Both the position numbers and the translations under genes were made by a program. A DNA stretch of 64,000 nt. Origin: Acidobacteriota bacterium. Its GTDB lineage: Bacteria > Acidobacteriota > UBA6911 > RPQK01 > JAJDTT01. Under the pieces are notes generated by a model that did no database searches, was not told where the DNA came from, and saw only the letters and a program-made list of their open reading frames with translations. Where the stretch lies: positions 2,656,001 through 2,720,000 of the forward strand of contig OZ242374.1 in the NCBI GenBank assembly GCA_965209055.1, given 5' to 3'. Below are positions 19,742-28,129 of the stretch, piece after piece (the stretch's first letter is position 1; each line of letters opens with the position of its first letter).

Positions 19742-20977
19742 ATGAGTGAAGTAAAGAATACGACCGCTCCAGCCCGGAAAACTAAGCCGAAGGGTCGCCA
19801 TCCTCACAAGGCGCTCTCCGCCGCATTCGTGCGCTCGGCCCCGCCGGGCAGACACTGCGACGGCAATGGCCTCTACCTCTTCGTCCAGCCGAGCGGAGCC
19901 CGGAGCTGGGTCCAACGCCTCGTCATCCGGGGCCGCCGCCGCGACTTCGGACTCGGCAGCGTGGCACTGGTCTCGCTCGCCGAGGCCCGCGAGAAGGCGC
20001 GGGCCAACCGCAAGCTGGCCCGCGAGGGGGGAGATCCGCTGGCCGAAAGACGCCGCGCCTGGAACATGCCGACCTTTGCCGAAGCCGTCAAGCGGGTAGT
20101 GGAGCAGAAGCGGTCCGGCTGGCGCAATCCGAGGGTGGCTCAGGACTGGATGGTGAGCCTGGGGCGCTACGCCTTTCCTCACATCGGGAGGCTGCCGGTC
20201 TCGGAGGTGACGAGTGCCGACGTGATCGGGATTCTGGCTCCGATCTGGCACGAGAAGCCGCCCACCGCCCGGAAGCTGCGCCAGCGCATCCGCGCGGTCC
20301 TGGAGTGGGCCGTGGCGATGGAATTCAGGATCGACAACCCCTGCGACCGCGTCGGGTCGGTTCTCGGAACACAGGACGCCGTGGTGCGGCACATGCGGGC
20401 CTTGCCGCATCGGGAGGTGGCCTCGGCGCTCCGGAAGGTGCGGGCCTCGGACGCGGCGCCCGTGTCCATGCTGGCCTTCGAGTTCCTGGTGCTCACGGCG
20501 GCGAGGTGGGGCGAGGTGCGGTGGGCCGAGTGGTCGGAGATCGATCCGGCGCAAAGGACGTGGACGGTTCCGGCGACGCGCATGAAGTCCAAACGCGAGC
20601 ACCGGGTGCCGCTGTGTGGCCGGGCGAAGGAAATTCTGGCCGAAACACGGACGCTGGAGAATGGAACCGCCCGGCTGGTCTTCACCCGAAGGGGCGGAAA
20701 GCCGCTCGCCGAGGGGGCGCTGCGCCATCTGCTCCGCCGGAACGGGATCCCGGCCGTGCCGCACGGGTTCCGGTCGTCGTTCCGGGACTGGGCCGCCGAG
20801 GAGACGGACCATCCACGCGAGGTGGTCGAGGCGGCGCTGGCGCATGTGGTGAAGAACAAGGTCGAGGCGGCGTACCGGCGCACGGACCTGTTCGAGCGGC
20901 GGCGTGTGCTCATGGAGGACTGGGCGGGCTATCTGGCCGGCGGGAGTCGGCAACTGGTGTCCGGTCGGCGGCGTTGA
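19742..20977 (+). CDS. P4-like tyrosine integrase with arm-DNA-binding domain
   Basis: DGNGLYLFV..GARSW..LAEAREKA arm domain. Catalytic residues R (TAAR), K (MKSK), HGFR, H (LAH) and Y (AYRR) are all present. Confidence 0.95.
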   Translation: MSEVKNTTAPARKTKPKGRHPHKALSAAFVRSAPPGRHCDGNGLYLFVQPSGARSWVQRLVIRGRRRDFGLGSVALVSLAEAREKARANRKLAREGGDPLAERRRAWNMPTFAEAVKRVVEQKRSGWRNPRVAQDWMVSLGRYAFPHIGRLPVSEVTSADVIGILAPIWHEKPPTARKLRQRIRAVLEWAVAMEFRIDNPCDRVGSVLGTQDAVVRHMRALPHREVASALRKVRASDAAPVSMLAFEFLVLTAARWGEVRWAEWSEIDPAQRTWTVPATRMKSKREHRVPLCGRAKEILAETRTLENGTARLVFTRRGGKPLAEGALRHLLRRNGIPAVPHGFRSSFRDWAAEETDHPREVVEAALAHVVKNKVEAAYRRTDLFERRRVLMEDWAGYLAGGSRQLVSGRRR

Positions 20978-21030
20978 GCCGCCGTGGTGGTCCTCCCGGC
21001 CGGCTTCGGGATCTGGCGTTCGAGTTGGCT

Positions 21031-21343
21031 TCCGGGAGGTCGGTTTTGACCGCTGAAAAGTGGCGTGTCGTGGCCGTACGGGAGTGTGAACGGGACATGC
21101 GGGGTGGATTCACAAAAAGCGGTCCCGGCGATTCACAACTCCGCTTCCCCCGATCTTTTTTCCTTTCAGTCAGTTGCGGCCACATTCCCGGCTTCGCCGC
21201 GCCCGCACGGGGAAATCGGAGGTGGATGGGAGCGACCCCCCCTTTTTCCTGCCCGGTGCGGGCGCGGGGGTGTGGCGCCATTCACATTTGCGCCACACCC
21301 CCTGGGGGGGTCGCTCCCATCCAATTGATCCCTGACGGGAAGG
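21031..21343 (+). ncRNA. Structured non-coding unit, copy 1 (candidate ncRNA or ssDNA structure)
   Basis: Perfect 20-bp IR (21223-21242/21304-21323) enclosing two hairpins. Homologous to copies 2 and 3. Expression as RNA is not shown. Confidence 0.5.
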
Positions 21344-21559
21344 TGGAAGAACCGCCCTATGAAGTAGAGAAACGTGGCCCTCGTTCCGGGTGGAGCGGCG
21401 GCAGTGATCTGGCGCACCGGATAGGATCCCTTTCCCGGACTTGGAGACGTTCCCGTGTCGGATCGGATCGCGGTTCACGAGCCGATGCTGCATGCGGTGA
21501 TCCAGGCGGGGGACGATTTGGCTCCAAGCGTCGCCGTCCCTGCCCACTGATTCCTTTCG

Positions 21560-21865
21560 GTGTCCTGGATCCTTGCGCCACGCGGTGGCGAGTCCACAGA
21601 AATGCGGCTGCGCCAGCGACTCCACCAGAATGATATCGCGGCCGTGCGGCACGGGTTCCGGTCGTCGTTCCGGGACCAGGCGGAGGAGGAGACGGACCAT
21701 CCGCGCGAGGTCGTCGAGGCGGCGCTGGCGCAGGTGGCGAAAAACAAAGTCGAGGCGGCGAATCGGCGGACGGACCTGTTCGAGCGCCGGCGTCGGCTCA
21801 TGGAGGACTGGGCGAGCTATCTGGCTGGCGGGAGTCGGCAACCGGCGTCCGTCCGGCTCCGTTGA
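21560..21865 (+). pseudogene. Duplicated 3' fragment of the tyrosine integrase
   Basis: HGFRSSFRDQAEEETDHPREVVEAALAQVAKNKVEAANRRTDLFERRR. The catalytic His and Tyr are changed to Q and N, and there is no N-terminus. Confidence 0.9.
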
Positions 21866-21918
21866 TCCGCCGTGGTCGTCCTCCCGGCAGGTTTCGTAAT
21901 CTGGGGTTCGAGCCGGAT

Positions 21919-22229
21919 TCCGGGAGGTCGATCTTGACCGCTGAAAAGTGGGGTTCCGTGCCGATCGGGGAGTGCACATGAGACAACGGAGGGCATGTGC
22001 ACCATGAGGGCTCTTCGCCGTGCACGGCGACTTTCCTCTAACTTGCTGTCCCCGTTCGGGTTACGGCTCGCCTCGCGGCTCGGCGGTGCCGCTCGGGGAA
22101 AGCGGAGGTGGACGGGAGCGACCCCCCTTTTTTGCCTCCCGGATCGGCAAAGCGGGGCAGGTTGATGCGCACTCTCCGTGCCATCGCCTCGGGGGGTCGC
22201 TCCCGTCCCAATGATCCCTGCCGGGAAGG
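21919..22229 (+). ncRNA. Structured non-coding unit, copy 2 (divergent interior)
   Basis: Perfect 18-bp IR (22110-22127/22191-22208). The interior sequence differs but still folds into two hairpins. Confidence 0.5.
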
Positions 22230-22543
22230 CGTCTGGATCGCCTGAGCGCGTGGCGCTGCGGCACGGAACGGCGCGGTGGGCAAGCCGCCGCGTGCCAGTG
22301 CTCGTACAAGCGTCTGTGGACGGCCCCATGGCTGGACGGAGTGATCTGGCGGATTGAACAGGCAATCTTCTTCCAGAAATGCGGAGTGTGCTGAAAGGGA
22401 CGCGGGCCGATTCGACGGCTATGGCAGCGTCAGGGCCTCGCTGAGACCGGCCATCGAGTGGCGACCAGGGGCGGAAGATCGCGACGCCGGCGTGGAGATC
22501 GACGACGACGTTCGCGACGCTCTCGTGGCGGGCGACACGCTTG

Positions 22544-22853
22544 CCGGGGAGCTCATTTTGACGGGTACAGAGCGCCCCACCGTGTCGATCCGGGAGTGTA
22601 AGGGAGACAAAGGGGGCAACTTACATCATGGGAGTCTGCAAACTTACACACGCGATTTCCCCGATCTCTTTGTCGCTCATGCTGTTACGGCCATGTTTTC
22701 GGCTCCGCCGTGCCCGCACGGGGAAAGCGGAGGTGGAAGGGAGCGACCCCCCCCTTTTTCCTGCCCGGTGCGGGCGCGGGGGTGTGGCGCAATTTACATC
22801 TGCGCCACACCCCCTGGGGGGGTCGCTCCCTTCCAAAATATCCCTGCGGGAAG
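22544..22853 (+). ncRNA. Structured non-coding unit, copy 3
   Basis: Perfect 20-bp IR (22734-22753/22816-22835). 3' mini-hairpin TCCCTGCGGGA at 22841-22851. Confidence 0.5.
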
Positions 22854-23637
22854 CCCCCGGAGAAGAATCCGGAAGACCTGTTAGAACTCTGCCAGGCGTC
22901 CGTTCCCCACACGTGGTGCGTGATCCAGGCATGACCACAGGCGAAACGTGCCAATGGGATCCGCAGGTGCAGGTGGATTTGCGGCGTCCTCTTGGACGAG
23001 GAGGTGGACCGAACCCCGGAAGGTCTGAACTTGGAACGGCAGGTGGAGGTCGGCGTCGGGGTCCGCTCCAGGCCCAGCCCCCGGTCCAGGGCCTGGCCGA
23101 CGAGGCGGTCGGCGCGGGTGGTGGTGGTCCGGCCGTCGAAAGCCAGCTCGACGCCGTGGCGGCGTGCGACGAGGCGGCGGCCGAAGCGCAGGGCGCGGTT
23201 TCTCCGGCCAGCCGGAACAGAGGACGGACCGGGGGAACCTATCCCCCCAGACCCCCCAGTGGCGCCAGAACCCCGGGCGGCTCACCTTGCCGCCAGTGAA
23301 CCTGGCGCTCCTGTTCGTCGCGCGTCCCATGAGAATGGGACCCTCGCGCGGTCTCCTCGGGCTTCCAGCCCGGAGTGAGACGTCGGCCCGTTTCGGAAGT
23401 CCTGGCCCAACGGACCCGTCCGGATCCGAATGTCCGCCCCCAATTCCCGGAGCGCGCAGGCTCTTGAAACCTGGGAGTCGAGGCGAGAAACTCGTCCCTG
23501 GAGTCCACGGACCTCCAATAGGGTCGAATGGAATCCCGTTTAGAAGGTGGGTTGCAATGAGGTAAACCGCTCGGGAGAATAGATCCTAACTATATTAATA
23601 TCAGATACTTACGAGAATTCTTCCGTAGACCCTGCGG

Positions 23638-23667
23638 GAGCAGCGCTCGAACGCCGTCGTCGCGTAA
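23638..23667 (+). pseudogene. Displaced native C-terminus of the RAYT gene (EQRSNAVVA*)
   Basis: In frame with CTG CGG of the duplicated core, ends in TAA. Confidence 0.65.
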
Positions 23668-24038
23668 ACTCGACTGACCGTTGGCCGTCGACCGTCCCGC
23701 GGTGGCGTCGCACTCCCAGGATCACTGGATGCACTCAATAGCTCTATCCCCGGAACGAGGTTCTCGAGTCTGATCCCTTCCGGATCCTCCCCTTCCGGAT
23801 GGTGCGTCGCGAGTCGGAGGTGCCCGAGGATCCATCGGCGCTGGACGACCGGTCCCAAGAGTGGGCCAACTGTCCGAAACCGGACACTTTGTCCCGGAAT
23901 CGGACACTTCGTTGCGGCCTGAAGCAGGATCGGTGCGTGATCGGGTAGTGATCGAGACGCGAGATCATCCTTGACGTCAGGAATCTGACCCAGAACGGCC
24001 TCCTCGCAGCTTCCGTGTGGCTTTCCGCGCAACTCGAG

Positions 24039-24117
24039 CAAATTCCGCAAATTCCGAACTGTCCCTTCCCCCAAATTCCGAACTGTCCCTTCCCCCAATT
24101 CCGAACCGTCCCTTTCC
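24039..24117 (-). repeat. Tandem 24-bp repeats containing CTGTCCCTT (right flank, inverted relative to the 18450 array)
   Basis: caaattccgaactgtcccttcccc twice plus a degenerate third copy. CTGTCCCTT is the reverse complement of AAGGGACAG. Confidence 0.88.
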
Positions 24118-24211
24118 GTCCGCTGCCGTCCTCATTGACGGGAGTCCGGATCGAACCGAAAGGGCCCGTCAGTGCCGAACGAACGGATCTCCTCCCGGGG
24201 CAAGGTTCGCG

Positions 24212-25750
24212 TCATTGTGCAATTCTCCTGTCCCGAAATTCCTTGGCTCCGACCCACGGGGCGCCGACGCGCCGGAAGAAGGTCACTCGCCGCCGGATCT
24301 CCTCTTGCGAAGGACGATCCAGATGGCTGACCAGAACCCCCACAAGGCAGATTCCCGGCATCAGGTAGACGTAGATCCAACGGGCCCAGACGGGGAAGGG
24401 AACAACCGGGTCGGCCAGAACGTTGGCGTAGATCGCGACGGCCAGGCCCAACGTCCAACCCAGTGCGAGGCAGACGCTCGCGGCCCGCCGGCTCGCCTTC
24501 CACCAGAGAAATCCGAAGACGCAAGGGAAGAACATGGCCGCGAAGAGGGTGTTCCCGAAGAGATTGATGACCACCAGCAACTTGCCCAGAAGCGTCGTGC
24601 ACAACAGGAGGGTGATCAGGCCCAGGAGCAGCGTGACCTTGCGGCCCACCCTCAACTGGTCCGCATCGGAGGCGTCTGGCCGGAGCCACCCTTTGTAGAA
24701 GTCCTGCACCACCATGGCCGAAGTGGTGTTCCAGATGCTGGACATGGTGGTCTGGCAGACGGCGAAGAGCATGGCCAGCATCAGTCCGCGGATCCCGGGG
24801 CCCAGGAAAAGGTTCATGGCCCCGCCCACGGCCTGATCCGGATCCTGCAGGCTGGAATGGTGGCTGTGATAGATGAGCGTGGCCACCTGTCCGCAGGCAT
24901 AGAGGAGAGTGGTGGCCAGGGTGGCGATGGCCACAGCGGCGAAGGCGGTCTTCTCGCTGCGGGCGGCGAACATCCGCTGCCCGTACCAGGGCGCCAGCGG
25001 GTAACAGAGGAGGATGACCACGTTCAGGGTGACGATGAAATGGAGGGGTAGAATGGGGTCGGGATCCACGGCCTGGTAGGAATGGAACAGCGGTTCCGGC
25101 GCGGCGAACTGCAGGGCGCTGATGGCCAGTAGCGGCAGTACGACGACCGTGACCACCAGCGACGCCGTGTCGGTGAAGGCCACCGCAATCAGGCCGCCGG
25201 CCCAGGTGAAGATGAGGACAACGGTGCTGATCACCAGGGCGGTCCAGACCAGGGTCCGGTCCGCCGTGATCCAACCCGGGACCAGAGCGCCCGAGGGTGC
25301 GAGTCCCAGCGCCGAGGAGAACGTCTTGCTGGTGGCGATGAGGTAGCCCGAGGAGAAGAGGGTCAGGATCAGGGTGGTGACCAGGCTGACGGCTCGACGC
25401 AGTCCCAAGGAGTACCGGGCCTCGAACATCTCGGCGATGCTCACCGCCTGGAGCCTCTGCCAGCGGCGCGCCACCAGCAGGCCGTAGCTGCCGAGTCCGG
25501 TGATGAAGATCAGGCAGAGCCAGGCGGCCCGGGGCCCGGCCGTGTAGCTGATGCTCCCGAACCAGATCATGGTGGAGGGATTGAACTCGGTCATCACCAG
25601 CGTGCCCACCAGGGCGAACATCCCCAGTTGCCTGCCGGCGACGGTGTAGTCCAGGGAGGTGCGGACGCGGCGCGACACCCAGAGTCCGTAACCCAGGGCG
25701 CCCAGGGCGTAGAGCGCCACGATGCCGAGGTCGACCCAGTTCCCGCTCAT
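24212..25750 (-). CDS. Sodium:solute symporter family transporter
   Basis: About 13 TM segments, DYTVAGRQLG, SIAEMFEARYS, QRMFAARS, VVQDFYK. Confidence 0.9.
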   Translation of the reverse strand: MSGNWVDLGIVALYALGALGYGLWVSRRVRTSLDYTVAGRQLGMFALVGTLVMTEFNPSTMIWFGSISYTAGPRAAWLCLIFITGLGSYGLLVARRWQRLQAVSIAEMFEARYSLGLRRAVSLVTTLILTLFSSGYLIATSKTFSSALGLAPSGALVPGWITADRTLVWTALVISTVVLIFTWAGGLIAVAFTDTASLVVTVVVLPLLAISALQFAAPEPLFHSYQAVDPDPILPLHFIVTLNVVILLCYPLAPWYGQRMFAARSEKTAFAAVAIATLATTLLYACGQVATLIYHSHHSSLQDPDQAVGGAMNLFLGPGIRGLMLAMLFAVCQTTMSSIWNTTSAMVVQDFYKGWLRPDASDADQLRVGRKVTLLLGLITLLLCTTLLGKLLVVINLFGNTLFAAMFFPCVFGFLWWKASRRAASVCLALGWTLGLAVAIYANVLADPVVPFPVWARWIYVYLMPGICLVGVLVSHLDRPSQEEIRRRVTFFRRVGAPWVGAKEFRDRRIAQ

Positions 25751-25756
25751 GACGGG

Positions 25757-26776
25757 CTAGTCTTCCTGAGCCCAGTCGAACACGGCGGCGATGAGATCCT
25801 TGGAGTGCTCCCGGGCCAGTTCGTACGCTTCCTTCATGCGTTCGGGCGGGAAGCGGTGGGTGATCAGGGAATCGAATCGCATGTCCCTGTTGGCCAGGAG
25901 GGTCATGATGTACTGGAGATTCCTCCGAATGTTGAAGCGGAGGTCCGAGGCCGGCGCATCGGTTGAAGGAGCAGAGCCGGAGCCCAGGAGCGTGAGCTGC
26001 TTGGCGTAGAACCACCTGGGGTCCAGCGGATTGAAGTCGGGAGGTTCGTCGAACCTTCCGGGAAAGCCCAGGATGCTGATCCGGCCGCCGGTGCGGGCGA
26101 TGTCCACCGAGAGCCGGTATGCCGGCCAGGGATTCGCGGTGAGGATGACCAAGTCCGTCCCCTCCTCGCCGAAGACACGGGCGAGACAGTCGCCGAGCCC
26201 CGGGTCCCGGTACTCGACGGCGGCATGGGCGCCCATCTTCAGGGCGGCCGCCGACCGTTTGGGCGAATTGGAGATGGCCACTACCTTGGCCCCCATGGCC
26301 CGGGCGAGTCCCACGGTGCACAGTCCGATGATACCCAGGCCCACCACAGCGACGTTTTCTCCCGTCTCGTACTTCGCCTGCCGGATTCCGGCCAGGCCCA
26401 GATGGGTGAGATAGGCCAGCGACGCCTCGTCGGCGGGGACCCCGTCCGGAATCGGAGTCAGCACCTCGTCATCGCTGGCGATGAAGGCGGACTGGTGGTA
26501 GTGGCGCGAGAAGATTCTCTGGCCCGGACGGAATTGGGTGACTGCCGATCCCACCTTGCGAACGACTCCGACGTTGGAGTAACCCACTTGGCGCGGGTAG
26601 TCGGGCGCGTCGGGAACATAGTTGGAGTCGCCCAGGTAGTTGCCCAGATCGGTGCCCGTGGAGAGGGCCGAAACCAGAGTCTCCACGTAGAGTTGGTTCG
26701 GCTCGAGAGCGTCGCTGTCGAGGTCCCGCTCCTCTACTCGAAGGTCCCTGGCGCCGTACAGAATGGCCGCTTTCAT
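25757..26776 (-). CDS. MDR-family (zinc-binding type) dehydrogenase
   Basis: MKAAILYG, STGTD, GYSNVG, VVGLGIIG Rossmann motif, LITHRF. Confidence 0.88.
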   Translation of the reverse strand: MKAAILYGARDLRVEERDLDSDALEPNQLYVETLVSALSTGTDLGNYLGDSNYVPDAPDYPRQVGYSNVGVVRKVGSAVTQFRPGQRIFSRHYHQSAFIASDDEVLTPIPDGVPADEASLAYLTHLGLAGIRQAKYETGENVAVVGLGIIGLCTVGLARAMGAKVVAISNSPKRSAAALKMGAHAAVEYRDPGLGDCLARVFGEEGTDLVILTANPWPAYRLSVDIARTGGRISILGFPGRFDEPPDFNPLDPRWFYAKQLTLLGSGSAPSTDAPASDLRFNIRRNLQYIMTLLANRDMRFDSLITHRFPPERMKEAYELAREHSKDLIAAVFDWAQED

Positions 26777-27001
26777 GCTGCTGTCTCCCTGTGGTTATGA
26801 CTTGATCGGTGATGGTGCCGGTTCGAACAAACTCATACGAGTCCCGAATCCAACAAGGGCGCAGGATATAGCAACCTGGGGGGTGGAACAACCATGCGAG
26901 GCCGCCGGGCGGGACCGTTTCAAGGGGCCCGAGAGCCGTTGTCATGGCGCCGGCAATCGTAGGGAGGCGACGGATATTGCGGCAGGATTCCAGGTTTGGT
27001 C

Positions 27002-27982
27002 CTACTCGTCCAAGTAGTAGCCGGAACCGATCAGGATCGGCAGCCCGTAGCTGACCACGCGCTTGACGAAGACCACCTTCCGCTGCTGGGATCCGGTGGC
27101 AGGATTGCGGGTCCGGAAATAGAGGAAGGATTCACCGAAAGCATCGGCAACGCTCAAGAAATCCCGGTCCGGAATCGAGGTCAACTCCGAACCGCTTCCC
27201 CCCGGTGTCCAAGCGCCCCGGTGGTATGGTTCACCGCTGAAGAGGGTATTCCCGTTCTGGTCCAGCCCGAAAACGTAGATCGAGTCGTGCCTCCAACGCG
27301 GATCGGCCGACAGCGGGACGGAGGCGAAGTACCCCATTGATTCGAGCTGCATGGCCGCACAACGGACGAATTCCCGCAACTTTTCGTCCGAAGGATCGAT
27401 GGTGAGGCCCATGGCGTTCACCTCTTCCCGTTGGCAGGTGCCGGGGAGATCGCGTTGGTAGATCCCGGCTCCGATCGTCGAGGGCACGCCATTCCAATCG
27501 ATCGCCTTGATGTAGGTGGCTTTCGGCTCATCGTTGCCGGAAACCGGATTCAAGTAGGAATAGTAGATCCAGCCTTCGCCGAATTCACTGGCCACACGAT
27601 ACGATTCCCGGAAGAGATTATTGCCGAAGGCATCGATCAACCGGCCCCAATGAGACGGGTCCCCTTCGATCGATGGATCCGGCGGGAAGACAAACGATCG
27701 AACCGCGTCGCTCACGGGAGTGAGTTCCGTAACCCCGATGTAGACTGGACCTGAGCGCCAGCGTTCGTCATTGTGGAAGGCCTCGTAGGCTTCTTCAAAG
27801 CCTCTGTCCCGGACCAGCTCGTAGGCGCACTGGACGAATGCCTCCACGTCATTCGGGGTTCGGACTGCGCTTGCGGCGATGGAGTGATCCGCACAAGATG
27901 GAGTATCGGCAGTTCCAAAACCCTGTGTGGAGACCAACAGGCTGGTGAGAATAAGGAAACAGGTCCGCCAATGGAAAGCCAT
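27002..27982 (-). CDS. Secreted tandem Cache-like domain protein
   Basis: Signal peptide followed by two repeats (FVQCA..RWRSGPVYI..GWIYYSYLNP..K.TYIK..IGAGIY and FVRCA..RWRHDSIYV..YFRTRNPATG..KVVFVK..IGSGYY). Confidence 0.75.
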   Translation of the reverse strand: MAFHWRTCFLILTSLLVSTQGFGTADTPSCADHSIAASAVRTPNDVEAFVQCAYELVRDRGFEEAYEAFHNDERWRSGPVYIGVTELTPVSDAVRSFVFPPDPSIEGDPSHWGRLIDAFGNNLFRESYRVASEFGEGWIYYSYLNPVSGNDEPKATYIKAIDWNGVPSTIGAGIYQRDLPGTCQREEVNAMGLTIDPSDEKLREFVRCAAMQLESMGYFASVPLSADPRWRHDSIYVFGLDQNGNTLFSGEPYHRGAWTPGGSGSELTSIPDRDFLSVADAFGESFLYFRTRNPATGSQQRKVVFVKRVVSYGLPILIGSGYYLDE

Positions 27983-28129
27983 CAGGACATTGTCCCGAGC
28001 CCGGGACGAAGCCGGGTCGCCCGCCGGTGCGACGGGGCGTTGAGAAATCGTCGATTCACAATGAAACGACCCGTTCGAGGCAAAAACACTATACACTTGT
28101 CGCCTAGGCCTTCCCACTGCGCACCGCCC

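Larger units (their letters stand above)
19584..23637. mobile_element. Small integrase-only integrative element bounded by 8-bp direct repeats CCCTGCGG
   Basis: CCCTGCGG at 19584-19591 and 23630-23637. Removing the interval restores the RAYT frame (..YSLR-EQRSNAVVA*). Inverted TAAGT-N15-AGTTA motifs lie near both ends. Confidence 0.8.

Noticed and set aside
21031-22853. Integron attC cassette array
   Set aside because: There are no RYYYAAC/GTTRRRY boxes and no cassette ORFs, and the integrase is P4-like with an arm domain rather than IntI.
23601-24098. 165-aa minus-strand ORF with a PDHAPI motif
   Set aside because: It begins inside the tandem repeats and crosses the element boundary. At most it is a small nuclease/phosphatase remnant.
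26780-27000. Possible structured leader or REP before the dehydrogenase
   Set aside because: No convincing stem and no second copy found.
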